From contig JAVZNE010000001.1 of the NCBI GenBank assembly GCA_038882975.1, forward strand, positions 160,001 to 224,000: a DNA stretch of 64,000 nt, read 5' to 3'. Position numbers and translations under genes: made by a program. Below the pieces are notes generated by a model that saw nothing but the letters and a program-made list of their open reading frames with translations, ran no database searches and was not told where the DNA came from. Positions 18,940 through 28,419 of the stretch are shown one piece after another. Origin of the DNA: Candidatus Bathyarchaeia archaeon (GTDB lineage: Archaea; Thermoproteota; Bathyarchaeia; Bathyarchaeales; Bathycorpusculaceae). The first letter of the stretch is position 1. Every line of letters starts with the position of its first letter.

Positions 18940-20895
18940 ATGTCTGTTCACCTCCACACAACAATAACAAAAAAGGCAAATGACATACTTGAAGAATTGG
19001 CAAAGACTTATGGCACAAAAAGCCGCGTCCTCGAAAAAGCCCTAGAAACCCTGCTTAGAGTGGATAAAGTTGGCTCATGTGACGACTGCGCCATAAAGGC
19101 TAAAGTAAACGAGCAAACCAAGCTAAGAGAAGCCCTTGACCTAGCCTCAATAAGCAGAAGAAACCTAGACAGCCTTCTAGAAATAGCCATAGGAAATAAA
19201 ACAATTGAGGATTTTATAAAGGAACAAAAAGCAGAAGCAAAAAACACCATAGAAATCCTCAAAAGCTCCATCAGCTGGAAGCCCCCATCAAACTTTAAAG
19301 AATTCCTTATAGTCCTGGAGGAAATTAGAAATCTCACAAACATGTATGAAATACCATCCTACAGCGAAATCGACAATATAGCAATTTTAAGACCAAAAGT
19401 TTTCAAGCGTTTGCCGATAATAGTCGCCTTTCATGTTGCCACAATATTGGAAGGAATAGGGGTCTACTTCGATGTCCGCGTCATGGGCGAGGACATAGCC
19501 ATAAAAATGGTGAGGCCAGAAGTTTACCCCTTAAGGAAGAAAGAATTCGGAGAATTCCTCGAAGAACGAATTGAAAAGGAATTAGCAAATGTTACTCCAG
19601 GATTTTTCAAAAACACTCTTATGCTTGTTGGACCAGCCTTCATGAGCTGGGCAGAAAAACATCTAGAAGAGCCAATATCAGATTTGGGCAATCTTTTAGA
19701 GGATGCCAGAACCGTTTTAGGAGTAGACGAGTTTCCAAAGGAGCCAAGGGATTTTGTAAAGGCCCTATTATCCGCGTTTGTAAAAATGAACTGGTTTAGA
19801 CAGGCAAAGGTTTTAATTGAGAAGGATGAAAACGTCTTGGAGCTTGTTTTCCAAGCTGCATCAGCTTCAATAACGCGAATGTCTGTTGCAGCCTTATCAG
19901 TTATGTTAGCGACTCGAGGGTGGAAAACGCTAAACTATTCAACAGAACACGCAACAGTCAACATGACAATTCAATATGTGGGTGCGGAAGACCAAAGTCT
20001 TCAAGATCAGCTGGCCGAGTTAAGCCTTTTCCAAGTTATAGGCAAACAATTTTTGGATGTTATTCCTGTCCCACGCGACCTTTTCAACTCTTTCGCTTTA
20101 AAAGTCTATGAAAGTGACAAGCGAAAATTTGAGGAGATATATCGTGCAACTGGGACACGCATATCTAATGCTATCCGCATGTTAGCAAGAAATGACCCTG
20201 AAAAAATTAGAAGACTTGCAAAAAACTTCATCCTTAAAAATATTAATGTAACCCAGCCAGATGCTGAGGTTCGCTTCGTGGATGATGAGCACTTTACCAT
20301 AATTTTCAAGCGTATAGACCCTCTCGTAATGAACAGCCAAAGAGTTCTAATAGAATCCATGTTCAAAGAATTGGGTTACGAGGTAACGACAACAGCTTTC
20401 CAAAATCTCTTAAGCTTCAAACTAAAACTTTTGGAAAAGCCGATACTTGCGCCGCTGCCACGGAAAAAACTAATGCAAACATTAATTGAAGGTATGTCAT
20501 GCAACTCTGTAGAGGAGGCATTTGCCATAGAAAAAGAGCAGCTTGATGAACTATTTCCAGAGGACTACCCATGGACAATAAGGGAAGTTGGCGAAAGAAT
20601 CACAGATATGTACAGAGAACTCGGAGTAGAAATTGAAATAGAATATTTTGAGGGGGGTTTCACCCTCAAATACAAAAGCTGCCCATATTACAAACTTGTA
20701 AAAACGGGACAAAAAACGTGGCTTTGCAGCCTCCGCAAAAAAACAATCGAATATATAATCTCACGGGTAAGCCACGGGAAAAAGGGCAAGATAAAAATCA
20801 TAAAGTCCCTACTACAAAACGAGCATCCATGTGAATACGCAATATTTTTAACAGGATTTCTTGAAAGGGAAGAGAAAGCCGAAGCCCAAGAATAG
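18940..20895 (+). CDS. Putative multidomain regulator: N-terminal ribbon-helix-helix plus V4R/MetOD1-like domains
   Basis: SVHLHTTITKKANDILEELAKTYGTKSRVLEKALE is RHH-like; C-terminal SCPY..WLC..HPCEY Cys triad. Confidence 0.55.
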   Translation: MSVHLHTTITKKANDILEELAKTYGTKSRVLEKALETLLRVDKVGSCDDCAIKAKVNEQTKLREALDLASISRRNLDSLLEIAIGNKTIEDFIKEQKAEAKNTIEILKSSISWKPPSNFKEFLIVLEEIRNLTNMYEIPSYSEIDNIAILRPKVFKRLPIIVAFHVATILEGIGVYFDVRVMGEDIAIKMVRPEVYPLRKKEFGEFLEERIEKELANVTPGFFKNTLMLVGPAFMSWAEKHLEEPISDLGNLLEDARTVLGVDEFPKEPRDFVKALLSAFVKMNWFRQAKVLIEKDENVLELVFQAASASITRMSVAALSVMLATRGWKTLNYSTEHATVNMTIQYVGAEDQSLQDQLAELSLFQVIGKQFLDVIPVPRDLFNSFALKVYESDKRKFEEIYRATGTRISNAIRMLARNDPEKIRRLAKNFILKNINVTQPDAEVRFVDDEHFTIIFKRIDPLVMNSQRVLIESMFKELGYEVTTTAFQNLLSFKLKLLEKPILAPLPRKKLMQTLIEGMSCNSVEEAFAIEKEQLDELFPEDYPWTIREVGERITDMYRELGVEIEIEYFEGGFTLKYKSCPYYKLVKTGQKTWLCSLRKKTIEYIISRVSHGKKGKIKIIKSLLQNEHPCEYAIFLTGFLEREEKAEAQE

Positions 20896-20965
20896 CCTTT
20901 TTAGAAAGCTAAACAAGTATTTATTAACTGTTCCTTTATTATGAAAAGGGTAGGAGGCTTTCCAA

Positions 20966-21943
20966 TTGAGTTTTGAGATGTGGGCTGAAAAGTACAGACC
21001 AAAAACATTGGACGAGATGGTGAACCAGAAGGAGATAGTGGAACGCCTTAAAAGCTTCGTTAAAGCCAAAAACGTGCCCCACTGCATTTTCGCCGGACCG
21101 CCCGGCACTGGTAAGACTACGGCGGCTCTTTGTTTGGCAAGAGACCTTTACGGCGAATCCTACCGCGAATATATTATGGAGTTGAACGCCAGCGACGAGA
21201 GGGGCATAGATGTTGTACGGGAAACCGTTAAAACCTTTGCGAGAGTGCGCTCCATCGGTGAGGTTCCATTTAAGATAATGATTTTGGATGAGGCGGATAA
21301 CATGACTGCAGATGCTCAGCAAGCTTTGAGGCGGACTATGGAGCGCTATACGGAAACATGCCGATTCATATTGTGCGCCAATTATAGCGGGAAAATAATA
21401 GAGCCCATACAGTCGCGTTGTGCACCCTTCCGCTTTACATACTTGCCACGCGAGGAACATGATAAGTATTTGCGGTACATAGCAGAAAACGAGGGCGTAA
21501 AACTTCTAAATGATGGGCTGGACGCCATCTACGAGGTTTGTGGCGGAGACCTACGAAGGGCAATAAACACTTTGCAAGCAGCCGCTTCGCTTGGCAAACC
21601 TATAGACGCAAAAATTGTTTATTCAATTGCTGGAAGAGCCAACCCAGCAGACGTGCAGAAAATGATTGAAACAGCCATGAGGGGCGACTTCCTTGAGGCG
21701 CGAAAACAGCTCCGAGAAATGATTCAGAAATATGGAGTGGCTGGAAGCGACATAATCCGCCAAATCCACACAGAAATTTTCAGGGCAGACATTCCAGAAC
21801 CATGGAAAATAAAATTGGCAGACATTGTTGGAGAAATCGATTATAGGCTTGTTGAGGGCGCGGATGAAGAGGTCCAATTAAGCGCACTGCTAGCCAGACT
21901 CGTGGAGGCAGCCTATGAAATTAGGGGCTCAAGAAAGGTGTAA
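20966..21943 (+). CDS. rfcS: Replication factor C small subunit
   Basis: WAEKYRP, GPPGTGKT, ELNASDERG, DEAD, SRC. Confidence 0.97.
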   Translation: MSFEMWAEKYRPKTLDEMVNQKEIVERLKSFVKAKNVPHCIFAGPPGTGKTTAALCLARDLYGESYREYIMELNASDERGIDVVRETVKTFARVRSIGEVPFKIMILDEADNMTADAQQALRRTMERYTETCRFILCANYSGKIIEPIQSRCAPFRFTYLPREEHDKYLRYIAENEGVKLLNDGLDAIYEVCGGDLRRAINTLQAAASLGKPIDAKIVYSIAGRANPADVQKMIETAMRGDFLEARKQLREMIQKYGVAGSDIIRQIHTEIFRADIPEPWKIKLADIVGEIDYRLVEGADEEVQLSALLARLVEAAYEIRGSRKV

Positions 21944-21946
21944 AAT

Positions 21947-23215
21947 GTGTATCAGCCTTGGACCGTTAAGTATAAGCCAAAAAGCTTGAGAGAGGTTGTT
22001 GGAAATCGGGAAGCCATACAAAAGTTTGTTGAATGGGTAAAATCATGGGATAAGGGAATCCCGAAAAAGAGGGCAGCCTTCCTTTATGGTCCGCCAGGTG
22101 TTGGGAAAACTGTTACTGTGGAGGCTTTGGCAAACGATTTTAGAATGGAGTTGGTGGAGAAAAATGCCAGCGACTATAGAACAGAAGAGGCCGTTAAACG
22201 CTTTGCTGGACTTGCATCCCAATATGGCTCATTATTCGGCACGAGAAGGATAATACTATTCGATGAGTTGGACGGTTTAACTGGAACAGCGGACAAGGGC
22301 GGAGTTAAAGCCATAACAGACATAATAAAAACGGCTCAATGTCCAATAGTGCTTATCGCCAACAACGCTTTTGACCCACGGTTTACTAACCTACGCAACT
22401 ACTGCCTCCTAATAGAGTTTAAAAAGCCCCCAACAACCGAAGTTCAAAAACATTTGAAGGCTATATGCCAAAAAGAAGGTATAGACGCGGAGGAAAACGC
22501 CTTAAAGTTTATAGCTCAACGCTCAGAGGGCGACATCCGCTCCGCTGTAACAGACCTCCAAGCTTTGGCGCAGGGCAAGAAACGTCTAAAATATGAGGAT
22601 GTTGCGTGGCTGGGCTTCAGAGACCGTCAAGAGACAATATTCACAGTTTTGAGAATGATTTTGTATGGAAAAACATGCGAAGGAGCTAAACGCGCAGTGA
22701 ACATGGCGGACGTGGACATCGACATGCTCTTTGAATGGATATACGAGAATGTTCCAGCCCATCTAACAGACCCCCACGACTTGGCAACCGCTATGGATGC
22801 CCTTTCAATGGCTGACGTTTACCGTGGAAGAATAAGAAGCACACAAGACTGGAGTTTCATACGCTACGTAATCGACTTCATGACAGCCGGTGTAGCCATG
22901 GCAAGAGTAAACACAAAAACTTCCGGTTGGACTCCATTTCGTTTCCCAGAACGGATACAAGCATTATCTAGGTCTAAGGAGGAACGGGCAATGCAGTTAG
23001 AGATAGGCAGAAAAATTAAGCGCAGATGCCACATATCAGCCATAAGAGCCTTGAAAGAAGTTTTGCCATATCTGCGGATAATCTTTAAAAACAGTGTGGA
23101 GATGGCTGCTGGAATCGCAATGTGGCTTGACCTAAACCGGGAGATGGTTGAGTATTTAGCTGAAAGCAAGGAAAAGGCTGAAGCAATAAACAAGTTTCTG
23201 AGTCAACGCACTTAG
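21947..23215 (+). CDS. rfcL: Replication factor C large subunit
   Basis: W.VKYKP, GPPGVGKT, NASD.R, DELD; follows rfcS. Confidence 0.95.
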   Translation: MYQPWTVKYKPKSLREVVGNREAIQKFVEWVKSWDKGIPKKRAAFLYGPPGVGKTVTVEALANDFRMELVEKNASDYRTEEAVKRFAGLASQYGSLFGTRRIILFDELDGLTGTADKGGVKAITDIIKTAQCPIVLIANNAFDPRFTNLRNYCLLIEFKKPPTTEVQKHLKAICQKEGIDAEENALKFIAQRSEGDIRSAVTDLQALAQGKKRLKYEDVAWLGFRDRQETIFTVLRMILYGKTCEGAKRAVNMADVDIDMLFEWIYENVPAHLTDPHDLATAMDALSMADVYRGRIRSTQDWSFIRYVIDFMTAGVAMARVNTKTSGWTPFRFPERIQALSRSKEERAMQLEIGRKIKRRCHISAIRALKEVLPYLRIIFKNSVEMAAGIAMWLDLNREMVEYLAESKEKAEAINKFLSQRT

Positions 23216-23550
23216 TGGATTTTGCTTCCCTCAGCGATGTCCTTCTCTGGTTGCAAGGCTACCACGTTGCCCTTATCGTCCTCAGCCGCCAAAATCATGC
23301 ATTGAGATTCCACGCCCATGAACTTTCTCCGCTGCAGGTTTAGGATGAAAGCGTATTTCTTGCCCACAAGGTCGGATGGCTTATACCATTGGAGAAGACC
23401 AGCAACAGCTTGACGTTTTTCCGTACCAAAGTCCACAATCATCCTTATGAGGTTCCGTGAACCCGGAATTTGGTTTGCCTCCAAAACTTTTCCAACACGC
23501 ATGTCAAGTTTTTGAAACTCTTCAAATGTTATTTCCGTCATAGGCATCAC
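23212..23550 (-). CDS. tRNA-binding OB-fold protein (MetRS C-terminal/Trbp111/CsaA family)
   Basis: ITFEEFQKLDMRVG, NL..RKFMGVESQCMILAA. Confidence 0.88.
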   Translation of the reverse strand: MMPMTEITFEEFQKLDMRVGKVLEANQIPGSRNLIRMIVDFGTEKRQAVAGLLQWYKPSDLVGKKYAFILNLQRRKFMGVESQCMILAAEDDKGNVVALQPEKDIAEGSKIH

Positions 23551-23573
23551 CTCAAATTCGTTTAAATCCCGTT

Positions 23574-24293
23574 TTAAGTTTTGCGCGAAGTCCTCCTCTT
23601 CTTTATCCTTTCAACGGTTTTTGCCACACCTTCCCATCCTTCGGCAGCCTTCGAATGGATTATTTCGAAGGCTTCCTTCGAAGTTAGTCCAGGCAATTCT
23701 TCGCCAACAGCCTTTCTAACCAAATAGGCCGCAGCATTTAAGACCTCGCCGTTTAGCCGTGAATCCATCAAATCCGCTAAGTGGCAAATTAAGGCCTCGA
23801 TGGTATGCGGTCTGATGGGGCCATATTCTCCGTGGTGGGCGGAAACCACATGTATAAGCTCCAGTGGGAAACCTCTTCGAACAAGTTCTGATATGACGAT
23901 GGACAAGTGGTCCATGTAGTCGGCCAAACCAGTTGTGCCATAACTCCCATTCTCGTTCACGGTGTAGGTTACTGGTTTGAAGATGTCGTGGAGCAGCATG
24001 CCAGCAACAACAAGGTCGCGGTTCACCTTCCCATGATAAACCTTCTCAACGGAATTGCACAAAGCCAAAGCCAGATTTGTTGCAGAGATAATGTGCTCTA
24101 TATAGCCGCCCGGATAACAGTGATGGTGAGACAAGCCGGCTGGCGCAACATCTAACGGTAAACCGGAATAGACCTTACCATCAACCTCAAAAACTGGATT
24201 CTCAAGAAGTTCAACAACCTTTTTACGAAGTTCTTTGTCGCGAATTTTCTCCGTTAAAGCCCTTATTTTTGGATGAAGCAAACTTTCACCCAT
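23574..24293 (-). CDS. HD-domain phosphohydrolase (YhaM-like HD domain)
   Basis: APA...HHH.YPGG..EH, LLHD, SAHHG, HLAD. Confidence 0.82.
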   Translation of the reverse strand: MGESLLHPKIRALTEKIRDKELRKKVVELLENPVFEVDGKVYSGLPLDVAPAGLSHHHCYPGGYIEHIISATNLALALCNSVEKVYHGKVNRDLVVAGMLLHDIFKPVTYTVNENGSYGTTGLADYMDHLSIVISELVRRGFPLELIHVVSAHHGEYGPIRPHTIEALICHLADLMDSRLNGEVLNAAAYLVRKAVGEELPGLTSKEAFEIIHSKAAEGWEGVAKTVERIKKRRTSRKT

Positions 24294-24337
24294 CCGCTGT
24301 CACTTAATGCCATTCACTATTTACATTTTCAAGGATA

Positions 24338-25027
24338 TTACACTTTACAACCAATTGGGCGTTTAGGGCGAATTTTGTTTCGCTCCGCAGTCGCTACATC
24401 ATGTGCCATTCTTAATGGTTCTGGAACACCACTGTAACACGTGCAGTGCCTAACAATTTCTATGGCTGTTTTAAGTGAAACCATGTGCCCAACACTAACA
24501 TAAAGAATCTTCCCAACCGAAGTCTTTAACGCAACCCCAACAATTTCGCCCTCATGCCAAAGATAAGCGAAATCTCTATCATTGAAAGGCTCAACTTCAC
24601 CGACAAGTCTGCTCTTTGCAACGCCTATCGTAGGTTTGCCTAAAACTACTCCTAGGTGGCTTGCAAAGCCGCATCGATATGGATGCGCATAACCTTGCCC
24701 ATCAACCAAGAAAACATCTGGCTGAATTTTCAACTTTCTAATGCACATAAGTGTGGGAGGTAACTCCCTAAATGAAAGAAGTGTTGGAACATACGGAAAC
24801 GTAACTTTACAAACGGCTGTTTGAGCCTCAACAAGGCCCAAACTATCATAGTCTAGAACGGCAACGGCGCTTGTAGCTAAGCTTCCAGCGTAGGCAACAT
24901 CTACGCCTGCCACATAGCGGATTTCTTTCGGCAGTCTATCCTCAAAAATAATATGCTTTGAAAGTTGAAGCTGCGTCTTGCGTGCCTTTTCAAAAGAAAA
25001 GTGGCACTTCAAATCGGATAAGCCCAT
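24338..25027 (-). CDS. nfi: Endonuclease V
   Basis: AGVDVAY, FPYVP..LSFRE, VDGQG..HP, GVAKS, PEPLR.AH. Confidence 0.93.
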   Translation of the reverse strand: MGLSDLKCHFSFEKARKTQLQLSKHIIFEDRLPKEIRYVAGVDVAYAGSLATSAVAVLDYDSLGLVEAQTAVCKVTFPYVPTLLSFRELPPTLMCIRKLKIQPDVFLVDGQGYAHPYRCGFASHLGVVLGKPTIGVAKSRLVGEVEPFNDRDFAYLWHEGEIVGVALKTSVGKILYVSVGHMVSLKTAIEIVRHCTCYSGVPEPLRMAHDVATAERNKIRPKRPIGCKV

Positions 25028-25696
25028 TTATCTTCCTTTTTCAAGAGCCTCAAAACGTTTCTCCAGCTTTTCAAAACGCTTCATGTACTTTTCGAGGGAC
25101 TGCCTCCGCACCTCGTGGGTTACGTCGCCCCTCGTGGTTTCAATAATTTTCCTCGCAACATCGCATTTTCTTCGAAGCCCCGGAACCAGCATATAGGCTT
25201 CATCCATAGCCATAAGCTCCGTATAAATCTCATCCATCATTTTTAGGCATTGCTCGCTTTTCTTAGCGTCACCCTCCCGTAGAGCATCCAAGGCTAGGCG
25301 TCTATACTCGCCTATAACATCTGCAAGCCCGAGAACATAGTCTATGGAAGGCACATGAATCTCTGCTGGTGTTATAAAACGCTCCTCTTCGATCAGTGTG
25401 AGAAATATGTTTGCCTCAGCATACTCTTGAAGGGCAATATCATATAAGCCTCTGTGAATTATGTCTGGATGCTCTTTTGCAATTGCATTAAGCCTAGAAA
25501 TTATTTCCTTGGCTTTTTCAAGAAGCCGCCTTGCCTCTTTGAGCCTTTTCTGGTGGATAAAAAGAATTGTTTGCTTAGAGATGCTGGTCAACTTTCTCAT
25601 GTCAACTTGGGCTTTATCTCGAATATTTTCCTTGCCCTTAAGTTCTTTTCTAATTTGCTTTAAAACGGTTTTCAAAGAGACCATACGCTCTAACAC
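25028..25696 (-). CDS. Archaeal translin/Trax family protein
   Basis: QEYAEA, DYVLGLADVIGEYRR, LRRKCD. Confidence 0.85.
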   Translation of the reverse strand: MLERMVSLKTVLKQIRKELKGKENIRDKAQVDMRKLTSISKQTILFIHQKRLKEARRLLEKAKEIISRLNAIAKEHPDIIHRGLYDIALQEYAEANIFLTLIEEERFITPAEIHVPSIDYVLGLADVIGEYRRLALDALREGDAKKSEQCLKMMDEIYTELMAMDEAYMLVPGLRRKCDVARKIIETTRGDVTHEVRRQSLEKYMKRFEKLEKRFEALEKGR

Positions 25697-25793
25697 TTCT
25701 ATTTTAGCGTTCTTATAAATATAGGGAAACCACTATTTTATCGTTGCCAAAATAATTGGAAGGTGGCGGCAAATTTTGAGCATTTTTGAGATT

Positions 25794-25997
25794 CTAACTG
25801 CTTTGCGGCTGTTTTTCCTGTTCTTGCCAGCGCTCGATGAGTAATTTGTCGTCTCCGATCTTAAAGCTTACTTTTACAAATATGGAGTCTGAGCCTTTGA
25901 AGGGGAACATGCTGTCTTCAGCTAAGTCCTTTGGCAAGTATATCAGGAATTTGCCGTCCTTCCTTCTGAATAATCTGCCTTTTCCTTCATTAACCAT
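25794..25997 (-). CDS. Small protein, possible AbrB/MazE-like fold
   Basis: GRLFRRKDGKFLIYLPKDLAE..DDKLLIE pattern; start trimmed to ATG 25997. Confidence 0.5.
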   Translation of the reverse strand: MVNEGKGRLFRRKDGKFLIYLPKDLAEDSMFPFKGSDSIFVKVSFKIGDDKLLIERWQEQEKQPQSS

Positions 25998-26087
25998 GGG
26001 TTGCACCTCGATGAAAGCGATTTTGAACACCAATGAATAAAAAGCGAGTTATTTAACCTTTACTCCGTGCCATAAATACATAAAGCC

Positions 26088-27047
26088 TTAACCAGATGAA
26101 AATCTTATGGGCTTTTCGAGTCTGCTCAACAATACTACACGGCTTTCTTCTGATTCATCTATAACCCTATAGCTCGTGGCGTTTGCAATTTGTAAGGCAA
26201 ATTCGCGTATTTCTTTGTGACTTGGCATACCTTCATAGCCCAATCGCAATCTTGAAAAACCAACATGCATGTAGGCTTTAGGCTCAACGTATGTGGGGTT
26301 AGCCTTCTCTATAAGCTTAGCATATTCCTCAACATTCCCCATGTTTAGACCGCGCACAGCAGTTATGCGGATCACTGTTGGACAGTTAAAACTTTTTAGA
26401 AGCTCTAATGTTTCGTTAAGCCTCACCCAAGCATCTGCGGCTATGGGACGACAAACTTTCCGATGAATTTCCTTGTTTGGAGCGCATACGGAAATGTAAA
26501 GCTGGGTTGGCTCATGGCTTAGTTTAGCCAGAGCAGATGGGACAGTGCCGTTTGACACCAGAAAAGTGGTGAAACCCCTTTCGTGAAAGGCATATATAAG
26601 TTCGCCTATAGGCTCATAGAGGGTTGGCTCTCCAGTTAAGCTTATCGCCGCGTGCCTCGGTCTTAGGGCTTCCTTAAACTTTTGAGGATCTGCCTTCGGA
26701 TTTCCCTTATACCCGCTTAAGATTTTAAGCTGCGCTTCTATGCTCCCCTCTACAATTTCTTCTGGGGGATCCCATTTTGGCAGTTTAGTCTCTTCCCATG
26801 TGATTTGGAGGTCTCCGCTCTGGGCCCTCCAGCAGAAGAGGCATCTCTGCGTGCAATAGAAAAGCGATGGTGTCATCTGAATGCACTGGTGGGATTTTAT
26901 TCCGTAAAACTTCTGCTTGTAACATGGTCTATTGTGGATGAGGCTTTCATAAAGCCATCTGCACCTTTTGACAGCCGAATGTCTTCCGACAATGTGGTAT
27001 TTATGTTTCTTCAACGCTTTAACAAGAGCTTCTGGAACGAGACTCAT
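26088..27047 (-). CDS. taw1: 4-demethylwyosine synthase (radical SAM)
   Basis: HSAVKRC.W, CYKQKFYGI.SH.C, CxxxCxxC, SLTGEP. Confidence 0.95.
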   Translation of the reverse strand: MSLVPEALVKALKKHKYHIVGRHSAVKRCRWLYESLIHNRPCYKQKFYGIKSHQCIQMTPSLFYCTQRCLFCWRAQSGDLQITWEETKLPKWDPPEEIVEGSIEAQLKILSGYKGNPKADPQKFKEALRPRHAAISLTGEPTLYEPIGELIYAFHERGFTTFLVSNGTVPSALAKLSHEPTQLYISVCAPNKEIHRKVCRPIAADAWVRLNETLELLKSFNCPTVIRITAVRGLNMGNVEEYAKLIEKANPTYVEPKAYMHVGFSRLRLGYEGMPSHKEIREFALQIANATSYRVIDESEESRVVLLSRLEKPIRFSSG

Positions 27048-27114
27048 TATGACGCCACTAAAGGCTTTTCCATTCGTCTAAAATCTTAAACAAGTTTTAT
27101 AAAAAGTGTCCTTT

Positions 27115-28314
27115 TCACTGCATAAAACAATATTTAATGCTTTGGAATACTGAGCACAATTTTGCTACTTCACCCTTGATTATCTCTGGATCTTCTCCAT
27201 CCAAAACTGCCCTTTTAATAAGCTCGGCTATTTTTGCCATCTCCTCCTCCCTCATTCCACGCCTTGTAACCTCGCATGTTCCAAGCCTTATGACGCAGTC
27301 TACAATTATGTTTGCCCGCTGAAGTTTTTCGGCTATCTCCCTGCCCCGCACATAATTCCCAAAGTCCAAGATAACTTGGTGAGACTGGGTAAAGCCTAGA
27401 TGCGAGCATTTAACTGGAAAACCATAGTCGTGCAGGTTTTTGGCTAAAGCCTTCGCGTTGCGGATGACTTGCTCCGCATATTCCTTGCCAAACTCCTTCA
27501 TTTCTGCAAGTGCCAAAGTTAATGCTGCAATGCGGTTCCAATGGGCGTTATCCACAAACCTAGGGTAAATCTTAGCTTTCAAGGCTTCGCCATGCTCTTT
27601 ATCGGCAAGAATTATGCCGCCTTGCGGTCCGAAAAAGGACTTATGCGTAGAGCCAAAAAGGGCATGTGCGCCCTCCCTTAACGGGTCTTGAAATTGTTTT
27701 CCAGCGATAAGTCCCAAAACATGGGAACCATCGAAACCCACACGCGCACCAAATTCTCGGGCAATGCTTGCTAACTCTTTAACGGGATGAGGAAAGGTTA
27801 TTAGGCTTGCTCCAAAAATTATGAGTTTAGGCTTTATACGTCTAATAGTTTCTTCGGCTTTTCCAACATCGATTTTCATGTCATCTTTAACAAAGGGAAA
27901 TGGAACCGGCTTTAAACCCAAAAACCCAGCTAATCCGTCATGCCACAATCCAGGATAGCCGCCATCTTCTGGAGAGACACTCACGAGCACATCACCTGGC
28001 TTAGAGAAACAAGCTACAAAAATCATGTCGGCAACATGTCCAGAAAGCGGACGCAAATCAGCAGTTTCGGCTCCAAAAACGTCTTTTGCTAGTTCCTCGC
28101 CAAACTGCTCAATCTCGTCCATAAATTTCGTGCCCATGTAAAAGCGGTCTCTGGCAGTATAGCGGTTTCCAAGCTCGGAGCTAAGGAGACTGCGCACAGC
28201 AGGGCTCATAACATTCTCTGATGGAATAAGGTTTAGGCATTCTTTTCCACGCCAATTTTCATGCCTTTCAACAAGAGCTAATATCTCACTAATCATCGAG
28301 GGGAGCCCCCGCAT
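27115..28314 (-). CDS. glyA: Serine hydroxymethyltransferase
   Basis: LNLIPSEN, DGSHVLGL, GSTHKSFFGPQGG (PLP lysine). Confidence 0.92.
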   Translation of the reverse strand: MRGLPSMISEILALVERHENWRGKECLNLIPSENVMSPAVRSLLSSELGNRYTARDRFYMGTKFMDEIEQFGEELAKDVFGAETADLRPLSGHVADMIFVACFSKPGDVLVSVSPEDGGYPGLWHDGLAGFLGLKPVPFPFVKDDMKIDVGKAEETIRRIKPKLIIFGASLITFPHPVKELASIAREFGARVGFDGSHVLGLIAGKQFQDPLREGAHALFGSTHKSFFGPQGGIILADKEHGEALKAKIYPRFVDNAHWNRIAALTLALAEMKEFGKEYAEQVIRNAKALAKNLHDYGFPVKCSHLGFTQSHQVILDFGNYVRGREIAEKLQRANIIVDCVIRLGTCEVTRRGMREEEMAKIAELIKRAVLDGEDPEIIKGEVAKLCSVFQSIKYCFMQ

Positions 28315-28419
28315 ACGCTATCCTTTTTGGCAATAACTGTTTAAATGGCTTACCTACAAAGGTAAAGTTTAAAATGTTCCCTTTATAGTAAATGTTTCAC
28401 ATCACCAATAACTTTAGGA

